DNA from: Acidobacteriota bacterium
GTDB taxonomy: Bacteria; Acidobacteriota; Thermoanaerobaculia; Multivoradales; JAHZIX01
Assembly (NCBI GenBank): GCA_039191605.1
Contig: JBCCXL010000025.1
Coordinates: 2,074 to 66,073 of the forward strand
Direction of reading: 5' to 3'
Length of the DNA stretch: 64,000 bases
The translations under genes and the position numbers were made by a program. Positions 18,749 to 26,403 of this stretch are shown piece by piece. How positions within the stretch are numbered: the first letter of the stretch is position 1; every line of letters starts with the position of its first letter. The notes beneath the pieces are model-generated. The model saw only the letters and a program-made list of their open reading frames with translations. It did not search any database and was not told the origin of the DNA.

Positions 18749-18799
18749 GATGGAAGGGCTAGCCAGATGGAAGTGCCAGCCAGACGGAAGGGCCAGCCA
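18749..18799. repeat. 17-nt tandem repeat, 3 copies
   Basis: gatggaagggctagcca gatggaagtgccagcca gacggaagggccagcca, between the two convergent island genes. Confidence 0.9.
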
Positions 18800-18871
18800 A
18801 ATGACCGGGCGCCGGGCGCTAGGGAAGTGCCCCAAGCCCTCTTGGGAGAGGCGATCCAGTCATGCAGCGAG

Positions 18872-19285
18872 TCATTGCTCTACCTGCCGCTTGATCCTCG
18901 CCAAGTCGATCCGTGCTGCTTCGAGCCTCGATTCGAGGCGCTCTAGCTCGGCCGTCAGAGGCCCGCTTCTGATCTTGAGGTAGACCCAGGCGACGAGGGT
19001 CATGGCGGCAAAGAAGGTGAAAACGGCGAGCAGAAATAGAGGCCAAGGCCACGGACCTTCCGCGCTTGCGACTCCGAACAGGCTCTCGTACCAAGGTACC
19101 GCCATTCGAGTGACGAAGACCGAGAATCCCACCTGGATCACCAGGATGGGGAGCACCTTCGTAAGGAACTCATCAAAGCTGTTCACCGACAGGGATTGGA
19201 TCTCTTCGATCTCTTTTTTCAGCTTCGTGCGCCTGGCATCCAGGCGCGCCACGTTTTCTCTTTTTTCTACCAGAATGTCCTTCAT
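18872..19285 (-). CDS. small membrane protein: coiled-coil, 2 TM helices, coiled-coil
   Basis: GAGGAGAG Shine-Dalgarno before ATG 19285. Charged N-terminal heptad-like stretch MKDILVEKRENVARLDARRTKLKKEIEEIQ. Hydrophobic segments VLPILVIQVGFSVFVT and WPLFLLAVFTFFAAMTLVAWVYL. C-terminal ELERLESRLEAARIDLARIKRQVEQ. Confidence 0.6.
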   Translation of the reverse strand: MKDILVEKRENVARLDARRTKLKKEIEEIQSLSVNSFDEFLTKVLPILVIQVGFSVFVTRMAVPWYESLFGVASAEGPWPWPLFLLAVFTFFAAMTLVAWVYLKIRSGPLTAELERLESRLEAARIDLARIKRQVEQ

Positions 19286-19581
19286 GCTGCACTCTCCTCG
19301 AATGAACGACGGGCCTTCCGCTAGAAGGGCTTTCAACTAGGCAGCCCCATGTCGCAATGCTGCCGGGGCCCCACTGGTTTTCTAGCATTCTGACGTTCTA
19401 GCATTTTGGTCGACTGACTCGCGGCTCTATCGGCCTGCTGATTTGTCTGCTCTGTGGTGATGATTCTCTCCCACGGCTTTCACCGACTCTTGCTTCTTGC
19501 CTGCATGCTTTTTACGTTCTGGTGTCGGGAGCGGGCTTGGGGAAAGGCTTTGAGCATCTTGCGATACGGAGTCTTTGGAGT

Positions 19582-20556
19582 TTAGCTGCGATAGAGATCT
19601 CCGATCTTCGGCCTCAGGCTGCTGGGAGGAACTCCCATTTCGCGGCCGAAGGCGCGGCTGAAGGCGGCGGCAGATTCGTAGCCGACCGACTGGGCCACTT
19701 CGCTGACGGAGGAGCCCTGGCGGAGCTGTCGTGCCGCCAGTCGTAGTCGCCAGGAGCTTAGATACTTCATGGGAGATTGGCCGACGGCGGCCTTGAATCG
19801 GGAGGCGAAGGGAGAGCGAGAGAGACCGAGCTGATTCGCCAGCTCCGGCACGGTCCAGGGGTGTTGGGGGTTGGCGTGGAGCAGGGAGAGGGCGCGGCCG
19901 GCGACCGGGTCCTGGAGCGCCGCCAGCCAGCTGGCGGCCTCTCCCTGGTGCTCTTGAAGCCAGCGCCGCAGGGCGCCGACCAAAATCAGGTCGACGAAGC
20001 GTGCTCTCGCTAGGGAGCTTCCCGGCAGATCTTGCGCCGTTTCTGCCGCGAGCAGCTTCATGATGGTGCTCAGCCAGCGCTCGGGGGCGCCCTCGGATCC
20101 CCGCAGGATCAGGAGCGGCGGAAGCGCTTCGATGAGCGCCTCGCTGCCTATGGAGTCGATGACGAATCGACCGCAGGTTAGCTCGGTAGAGGAGGGCAGC
20201 CCGGAAGATTTCTGGGGTTGGGCTGGCTCATCGCTTAAATCGAGGCAGCGCTGATCAGCGTCGTAGCGCTCGGGCAAGACTTCGGTCAATGACCTGCGGT
20301 GTCGTGGGGCGGGATCGGAGGAGATCGTATGTCCGCTGCCGCTCACCAGCAGGATCAAGTCCCCTGCGCGAGTTTCCTCGGCTTGATTCTCAGCCGGCAG
20401 GCTGATCCAACAGGAGCCGCGCTCCACGACGTGGAAGTGAGCCTGGCCAGGCGGTAGGGAGAGGGAGGTGTCGTGGCCCAGGAGCGTGCAGCAGAAGATC
20501 TCTCCGCGAAGCTGTAGATGTCCGAGGACCTCGGACAAGACATCCTCAGCGGCCAT
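19582..20556 (-). CDS. AraC family transcriptional regulator with N-terminal cupin-type domain
   Basis: C-terminal double HTH (LANQLGLSRSPFASRFKAAVGQSPMKYL...VAQSVGYESAAAFSRAFGREMG). N-terminal cupin-like sensor region. Confidence 0.9.
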   Translation of the reverse strand: MAAEDVLSEVLGHLQLRGEIFCCTLLGHDTSLSLPPGQAHFHVVERGSCWISLPAENQAEETRAGDLILLVSGSGHTISSDPAPRHRRSLTEVLPERYDADQRCLDLSDEPAQPQKSSGLPSSTELTCGRFVIDSIGSEALIEALPPLLILRGSEGAPERWLSTIMKLLAAETAQDLPGSSLARARFVDLILVGALRRWLQEHQGEAASWLAALQDPVAGRALSLLHANPQHPWTVPELANQLGLSRSPFASRFKAAVGQSPMKYLSSWRLRLAARQLRQGSSVSEVAQSVGYESAAAFSRAFGREMGVPPSSLRPKIGDLYRS

Positions 20557-20729
20557 TCTCTTGAACCTCTAGAAGGAGCATTGTAGGCGCTTCTGCAAAG
20601 AAATCAGTCTTCTTGATCATAGATCCTCTCATCTACCCGGAATATAACAGGAGCTCACGATCCGGTGAGTTTCCTGGCGCCCCCCGAGGCCCTGGGCTCG
20701 TCGGCCAGGATCCCTACGGAGGAATGACC

Positions 20730-21812
20730 ATGTTGAGAGTTTCGAGGATGCAGAAGGAATTGATTCCTCTGGTGGCTGTTGTCTCGCTGGCTGTTGGCCT
20801 GCAGGCTGCAGGCTGCGGCCAGGCTGAGGAGCGAGGACTGCCCGAGGAGCCTGAGCAGCGGGCCGTCGCGGGCAGCGGGAATCAGAATCCCGATATCCAG
20901 GGCGCGGAAGCCGCCAACCCCCTGGCGGCGGGGATCGCTATCGAGCGCCCTCCCCACGCCGCCGCGGAGGTCGCTCATAGGGAGGCGACGGTGCTGGCGG
21001 AATGGCCGGTGGGCACCTTCGTGGAGAACCTAGTGGCGCTGGCGGACGGCTCTTTCTTGGTGAGTGTGGTGACCGCGAAGCGTATCGATAGGGTCAGCGC
21101 CGATGGATCGAGGGCTGTCTTTGCCCAATTCGAGCACGAGCCGACGGGCCTCTCGAGGGTCGGTGACGAGGTGATCGTGAATCTCGGGGCCCCGGGGCAG
21201 CCGGGCTGGGCTCTGTGGGGCCTCTCGTTGGCCGATGGAGAGAGACGGTCCATCGCCGAGATCCCGGAGGCTCTCTTTCTCAATGGCTCCACGCCCTTCG
21301 GCGATCGCTCCGTCTTGGTGACGGATTCGATCCTCGGCCAGGTATTCCAGGTCGATCTCCTCGACGGAAGCTACCGGGTCTGGTGGCGTGACGAGCGTCT
21401 CGGCAAGATCTCGGAGGACCGCTGGATGCCCGGAGCCAACGGCATCGCCGCGACGGAGAACGAGGTCTTCGTCGCGAGCACGGAGAGGGCCTTGCTGCTC
21501 AGGGTAGAGATCCAGCCGAACGGCAGCGCCGGGGCCGCCGGCGTGCTGGGGGAGCAGCTCGTCGGAGATGATCTGGTCCTCGCCGCCGACGGCACGATCT
21601 ACCTCACCACCAACGTCTACAACCAGGTCCTCGCGGTGAGCGAGGACGGCAGCCGCCGAGAGCTGGCGGGCGTCGATCAATTCATGAACGGCGCGACGGC
21701 GGCGGCTCTAGCTCCTGACGGCCATCTGGTGGTCACCACCACCGGCGGCATCCTAGCGCCGGTGGACGGAGTGGTGCAGCCGGCGAAGCTCGTTCGCCTG
21801 AAGATCAGCTGA
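20730..21812 (+). CDS. beta-propeller lipoprotein (SMP-30/gluconolactonase/strictosidine-synthase-like)
   Basis: GGAGG Shine-Dalgarno 9 nt before ATG 20730. Signal plus lipobox-like LQAAGC. Repeating blade-like segments (ADGSFLVS, SVLVTDS, PGANGIAATENEVFVAST, DGTIYLTT, DGHLVVTT). Divergent from the AraC gene. Confidence 0.6.
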   Translation: MLRVSRMQKELIPLVAVVSLAVGLQAAGCGQAEERGLPEEPEQRAVAGSGNQNPDIQGAEAANPLAAGIAIERPPHAAAEVAHREATVLAEWPVGTFVENLVALADGSFLVSVVTAKRIDRVSADGSRAVFAQFEHEPTGLSRVGDEVIVNLGAPGQPGWALWGLSLADGERRSIAEIPEALFLNGSTPFGDRSVLVTDSILGQVFQVDLLDGSYRVWWRDERLGKISEDRWMPGANGIAATENEVFVASTERALLLRVEIQPNGSAGAAGVLGEQLVGDDLVLAADGTIYLTTNVYNQVLAVSEDGSRRELAGVDQFMNGATAAALAPDGHLVVTTTGGILAPVDGVVQPAKLVRLKIS

Positions 21813-21866
21813 GCGCTGAGGCCCCTTCTCGGCGAGAGCCGAGGAGGAGGTTGCCTGCTCTGGGCC

Positions 21867-23258
21867 TCAGCTGTCTTCCAGGATCTCGTCCTTCTGCGGA
21901 TCCCACACCGTCACCGGGCCGAGGCTGGAGAGCTGTTCCTTCAGGGCGTCGGCGGGGCCGACGGCGAGGATGGTGGCCTGGGCGGGGTGGAGATGGCGCT
22001 GGGCGAGATCCAGGAGGCCCTCGGGGGTGACGCTGCGGAAGGATTCGAGGTATTGGTCGAAATAGTCGTCCGGCAGATCGTAGAGGGGCAGCAGGGTGAG
22101 TCGCGCGGCGAGGTCGTCGAAGGTTTGGAGCTGGGTGGCGAAGATGCCGGTGAGGTAGTTGGCGGTGTCTTCCAGCTCCTCGAGATCCACCGCCTCGCGG
22201 CGCAGGATCTCCATTTCCTTGAGGATCTCTTCCGTAGCGCGGCCGGCGACCTCGGTGGCGACGGCGGTCTGTACCTTGAAGGGGCCGGCGCCCCGGCGGC
22301 CGATGAAGCGGCTGTGGGCGCCGTAGGTGAAGCCGTGGACCTCGCGCAGATTGAGGTTGATGCGGCTGATGAACTTCCCGCCGAGCAGGGCGTTGAGCAC
22401 CATCAGCGAGCCGTATTCCGGATCGGTGCGGGGGACGCCGACGTGTCCCACCCGAAGCTCCGTCTGAGCCGCCGCCGGGCGGTGAACGATCCACACCCGG
22501 CGCTCTCCCGGCGCTGACTCAGGATAGGTGGGATGGAGCGGAGCGGGGCCGAGATCGAGGCGACCGAAGGATGAGTCCAGCAGCGGCAGCAGCTGGTCTT
22601 CGGACACCGCGCCGGCGGCCACCAGGAAGGCTCCCTGGCAGCGGTAGTGGCGCTGGTAGAAGTTGCGGATGGCCGTCTCGTCGATCTTCTCCAGGCTCGC
22701 CTCGTTGCCGTGGAGGGAGCTGCCGTAGAGAGCGTCGCCGTAGAGGGCGCGATCGAGGTAGAGGTTGGCGAGGGCCTGGGAGTCGTCCCGCCGTTGCAGC
22801 AGGCTGGCCTGCCGCCGCTCCGCCAGTCGGCGGATCTCTCGGGTGGGAAAGGCGGGTTCCAGCACCACCTCCGACAGCAGCTCGACGGTGGCTTCGAGGT
22901 GGGTCGAGAGGCCGAAGGTGCTGACGTACGCAGCATTCCAGCCAGCATCGGTGGTCAGGCTGCCGCCCAAGGCCTCAGCGGCGTGGGCGATGGCCCGCGA
23001 ATCTCGCCGGGTAGAACCTTCATCCAGCAGGCTGGCGGTAAACGTAGCGATGCCGTCGAGACCCTCGGGATCGTGCTCGCCGCCGGCGGGGGCGAAGAGC
23101 TCCAGTCGAGCGAGGGGGAGGGTGGGATCCGGGGCCAGCACCACCGGTAGACCGTTATTGAGCCGGTGCCGGGAGAAGGAGGGGAAGACGAAGTCGCGGG
23201 CGGGCCGCAGCGCCGGTGGCGAGTTGCGGTCCAGGGAAGGAGAGAGGATGTCGCTCAT
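21867..23258 (-). CDS. M16 (pitrilysin) family peptidase, non-catalytic-type subunit
   Basis: M16 fold pattern, but the HxxEH position reads ATFTASLLDEGS. ATGA overlap with the upstream M16 gene. Confidence 0.85.
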   Translation of the reverse strand: MSDILSPSLDRNSPPALRPARDFVFPSFSRHRLNNGLPVVLAPDPTLPLARLELFAPAGGEHDPEGLDGIATFTASLLDEGSTRRDSRAIAHAAEALGGSLTTDAGWNAAYVSTFGLSTHLEATVELLSEVVLEPAFPTREIRRLAERRQASLLQRRDDSQALANLYLDRALYGDALYGSSLHGNEASLEKIDETAIRNFYQRHYRCQGAFLVAAGAVSEDQLLPLLDSSFGRLDLGPAPLHPTYPESAPGERRVWIVHRPAAAQTELRVGHVGVPRTDPEYGSLMVLNALLGGKFISRINLNLREVHGFTYGAHSRFIGRRGAGPFKVQTAVATEVAGRATEEILKEMEILRREAVDLEELEDTANYLTGIFATQLQTFDDLAARLTLLPLYDLPDDYFDQYLESFRSVTPEGLLDLAQRHLHPAQATILAVGPADALKEQLSSLGPVTVWDPQKDEILEDS

Positions 23259-24631
23259 CGTGCTGCTCCCTCGTCGGCTACCGCTTCGGCGTTCGACTTG
23301 CTGCGGGGAAGATAGGTGACGCTCACTCGCTGATGGCGCTGGAGGAATTGCCGGGCGAAGCCGGCGAGGTCCTGCGACTCCAGCTCCAGGTAGCGGCGAT
23401 GCTCCTCCATAGCGCGCTCCGGGGCGTCGAAATAGGTCGTCATCTCGCTCAGGCGATCGGCGCGATCCTCGATGGTCTGGAGCCCCTGATAGTGCGAGAC
23501 CAGCGTTCGATTGCGGGCTCGCTCCAGGTGTTCCGGCGCTAGCTTGCCGGCGGCGGCCCGGTCGAGCTCCGCCAACAGCTCCTCCTCGAGCTCCTTCGGG
23601 TCGACGCCGGGACGGCAGGTGGCGATGACGTAGAAGGTGGTCGCAATCTCCAGCGGCAGAATGTACGCGGCCACATCCTGTGCCAGCTGGCGCTCGTACA
23701 CCAGGCGCTGATAGAGGGGAGAAGACTTGCCGCTGCCGAGGGCGGTGGCCAGCAGGTCGCCGGCATACCAGGAACGATCCCCGTAGGCCGGAGCCCGGAA
23801 GCCGAGATAGACCCGCGAGAGCTGGACGTCGTCCTCCACCTGGATGGTGCGCGGCGACTCCATCGGCAGAGTGTCGGCGACCACCGGTGGGGGAGTGGGG
23901 CCGGAGGCGAGGGGGCCGAAGAAGCGCTCCACCTGCTCCAGGGCGCGATCCGGATCGAAGTCACCGCATAGGGTGAGCACCGCGTTATTCGGCAGGTAGT
24001 AGGTGCTGAAGAAGGCCTGGACGTCCTCCAGGGTGGCGGCGGCGATGTCCTCCATGGTGCCGATCACCGGCCAGCTATAGGGGTGTCCCGGGGGCCAGAG
24101 CAATTCTTGGAGACGCTCGAAGGCCCGTCCGTAGGGTCGGTTGTCGGTGCGCTGGCGACGCTCGTTCATCACCACGCTGCGCTGGTTCTCGAGCTTCTCT
24201 GAGTCGATTCCCGGCAGCAGAAAGCCCATGCGATCCGACTCCAGCCACAGGGCGAGGTCGAGAGCGCCGGCGGGAAGGGTCTCGTAATAGTTGGTGCGGT
24301 CGAACCAGGTCGATCCGTTGACCACGCCGCCGACCTTCTGCACGTGTTGGAAGTGCTGATTGTCGGGCACGTGTTCCGAGCCCTGGAAGAGCATGTGCTC
24401 AAAGAGATGGGCGAAGCCGGTTCGTCCCGGTCGCTCGTTCTTCGAGCCGACGTGGTACCAGAGGTTGACGGCGACCAGGGGAAGGGTGTGATCTGGCTGC
24501 AGATTGACTCGGAGGCCGTTGTCCAGCTGGTGGCGGCGCAGATCCAGATCGGTGATGGAGGCTAGGTCAGGGGTAGTGGAGGGGCACATGCTCGGGGTGG
24601 GGAAAGGGAGTCGAAGGGCTCGGTTGGCCAA
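23255..24631 (-). CDS. M16 family zinc metallopeptidase (catalytic HxxEH subunit)
   Basis: GFAHLFEHMLFQGSEH carries the inverted zinc motif HxxEH. The start may be the internal Met MCPSTT. Confidence 0.85.
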   Translation of the reverse strand: MANRALRLPFPTPSMCPSTTPDLASITDLDLRRHQLDNGLRVNLQPDHTLPLVAVNLWYHVGSKNERPGRTGFAHLFEHMLFQGSEHVPDNQHFQHVQKVGGVVNGSTWFDRTNYYETLPAGALDLALWLESDRMGFLLPGIDSEKLENQRSVVMNERRQRTDNRPYGRAFERLQELLWPPGHPYSWPVIGTMEDIAAATLEDVQAFFSTYYLPNNAVLTLCGDFDPDRALEQVERFFGPLASGPTPPPVVADTLPMESPRTIQVEDDVQLSRVYLGFRAPAYGDRSWYAGDLLATALGSGKSSPLYQRLVYERQLAQDVAAYILPLEIATTFYVIATCRPGVDPKELEEELLAELDRAAAGKLAPEHLERARNRTLVSHYQGLQTIEDRADRLSEMTTYFDAPERAMEEHRRYLELESQDLAGFARQFLQRHQRVSVTYLPRSKSNAEAVADEGAAR

Positions 24632-25002
24632 GAAGGTCCAGCTTCGATGCCGTCACGACTCGCTGTGGAGGAGTTTCGGCAGGAGAGAACCGCGCGGATA
24701 CCGCGGGATGGAGCGTCTGCAGGGAGAAGACGACAGGACGATTCTCTGAGGGCTGATGGAGAATGGAAGCCGGTACGGACGAATCCTCGAAGGAGAGGCA
24801 AGAGAAGAGATGAGGGAGGCAGCGGAAGTGAGCGCATGCCTACCGTGAGGGGATTCAGGCAGTCTACGGAGGCATAGAAAGGGTGTCAACCGGAGGTGGG
24901 GCGACTCCCAGGGGCTCCGTCGAAGGCAGTCGCCGGCCCTGCTGGGATGACTTCAAAAAGCCGTTGGGGGCTGCAGATTGGCGGGAGTGCGGCAGAAATC
25001 CC

Positions 25003-25031
25003 TTGACTTACGCCGTGTTGCCGCCTACGAT
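25003..25031 (+). promoter_or_regulatory. candidate sigma-70 promoter of lexA (TTGACT-17 nt-TACGAT)
   Basis: TTGACT 25003-25008, a 17-nt spacer, then TACGAT 25026-25031. The ATG at 25039 begins 8 nt after the -10 hexamer and has no Shine-Dalgarno. Confidence 0.5.
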
Positions 25032-25038
25032 AATCGCC

Positions 25039-25857
25039 ATGGCTAAGCAAGATCTCCCGCTCGACTCTGCTCCCTCCCCGATTTCGGATTCCTCCGTATC
25101 GAACTCGTCCGAGGCGAAGGAATTCGCCTCCTCTAAGGATAGTGCTGCTTCAGAGGCCGGAGTCCCAGCCGCTGCGGCGCCGGCGGCCAAGAAGAGGACC
25201 CCGCGGGCGGCGAAGAGGGGGCGCCCCCAGGGGGGAGGCTCGAAGGCGAAGTATCTGACCGAGCGTCAGAAAGCCATTCTCGACTTCATTCTCAGCTTCC
25301 AGGGGGAGCAGGGAATCGCTCCGACCCATCGCGAGATCTGCGATCAATTTGGCTACAGCTCCTATGGAACGGTCTACAAGCACCTCAAGCTCTTGGAGCA
25401 GAAGGGCTACCTAACCCGCGACTGGAACCAGAAGCGGGGGATTCAGGTGGTGATGGAAGAAGAGGAGACGGAGGCTTCCGGCCTTCCCTTCTACGGCAAG
25501 ATTGCCGCCGGTCGGCCCATCGAGGCGATTCAGGGAAGAGATCGACTGGAGGTGCCTGGGCATCTGCTGAGTCGTCGTCCTGGGGAACACTACGTTCTTC
25601 GGGTGGCTGGTGAATCGATGATCGAGGAAGGCATCCACGACGGCGATCTGGTGGTGGTGCTGAGCCGGGACGATGCGGAGACCGGGGACATGGTCGTGGC
25701 CCTGGTGGACGACGAAGCGACGCTGAAGCGCTTCTATCCGGAAGGAGAGCAGGTGCGCCTCCAGCCCGCGAACCCTCAGATGAAGCCGATCTTTGTTCCG
25801 GCAGACCAGCTGCGGATTCAGGGCGTGGTGGTGGGTCTGATGCGGAAGTACCTCTGA
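25039..25857 (+). CDS. lexA: LexA repressor (S24 peptidase) with ~75-aa N-terminal extension
   Basis: LTERQKAILDFILSFQGEQGIAPTHREICDQFGYSSYGTVYKHLKLLEQKGYL is the wHTH. FYGKIAAGRPIEA is the cleavage site region. VAGESMIEEGI carries the Ser and ATLKRFY the Lys. The start is chosen at ATG 25039 rather than GTG 24883. Confidence 0.9.
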   Translation: MAKQDLPLDSAPSPISDSSVSNSSEAKEFASSKDSAASEAGVPAAAAPAAKKRTPRAAKRGRPQGGGSKAKYLTERQKAILDFILSFQGEQGIAPTHREICDQFGYSSYGTVYKHLKLLEQKGYLTRDWNQKRGIQVVMEEEETEASGLPFYGKIAAGRPIEAIQGRDRLEVPGHLLSRRPGEHYVLRVAGESMIEEGIHDGDLVVVLSRDDAETGDMVVALVDDEATLKRFYPEGEQVRLQPANPQMKPIFVPADQLRIQGVVVGLMRKYL

Positions 25858-25888
25858 GATGTCTCTCTAGGAACGGTGCGCTCGAGCG

Positions 25889-26007
25889 TCCTGACCCCTG
25901 GTTTCTGACATTCCAGAATCTGATACTCCAGACCCTGATACCCCATACCCTGAGATCCCGGCTCCCGGGCTTACGCCCCTGAAGTCCGTACCCCTGAGGT
26001 CCCTGCT
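25889..26007. repeat. periodic ~15-nt CTGA-core array (about 7-8 units)
   Basis: CTGA occurs at 25891, 25905, 25920, 25935, 25950, 25979 and 25994 (spacings 14, 15, 15, 15, 29, 15). Units such as tctgacattccagaa / tctgatactccagac / cctgataccccatac / cctgagatcccggct. Confidence 0.8.
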
Positions 26008-26403
26008 GTGGGGCCTTTTCTCTTCTGGGCACGCTGGTTCGGCATGCCGGTCTCTTGTGCACCCTGGTGCCTTGTGCTTGGGCACCTTGGTCTTTTGGGG
26101 CACCCTGGGCTCCCTTATTGGGGTGGGCTGGCGCCTCGCAGAGCCTTTGGTCCTCCGAGCTCCTCGATTCCGCTTTGCCGATTGTGGCGTCATCGGGGGT
26201 TGGGGGTATTCAGAGTCAGAGCTCTCTGAGGCTAGAGTTGTCGGGTGGTACCGCTGGAGCAGGGGGCGGTTTGGAAAGGGCCCGGAAGTCCTTTCGTCTC
26301 TGCTTTTTTCTCCTAAATCGGTTATCCTTGAGAGCCCTTCGCCCACAAAACGCGTAGCGAGCTTCCCCCCCAGGTGAGCCGCGCGGGAGCCGACCCGCAA
26401 GCT

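Larger units (their letters stand above)
16219..19581. other. low-GC compositional island (two convergent genes plus AT-rich spacers)
   Basis: Hand counts of 60-nt lines give ~43-58 % GC here versus ~63-70 % in the flanking genes. Codons that look uncommon in the flanking genes (tta, ata, aga, aaa) are frequent. The boundaries coincide with the stop of the ParB-fold gene and the stop of the AraC gene. No mobility gene is seen. Confidence 0.7.

Noticed and set aside
16219-19581. Calling the low-GC island a prophage remnant, IS or integrative element.
   Set aside because: No integrase, transposase, tRNA target, terminal inverted repeats or flanking direct repeats could be found by eye. Only the compositional anomaly is supported, so it is reported as an island and not a mobile element.
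25889-26007. Whether any tandem array (661, 12484, 18749, 25889, 63489) could be a CRISPR.
   Set aside because: The units are 14-17 nt and directly abutting, with no unique spacers. No cas genes lie in the window.
25385-26400. ORFs 25385-26062 and 25867-26400 (minus) in the lexA-pilT spacer. The second contains a GxSGx pentapeptide-like string.
   Set aside because: The pentapeptide periodicity is simply the 15-nt DNA repeat read in frame. The ORFs overlap lexA or pilT, lack Shine-Dalgarno sequences and are Pro/Arg/Ser-rich. The region is treated as non-coding repeat DNA.
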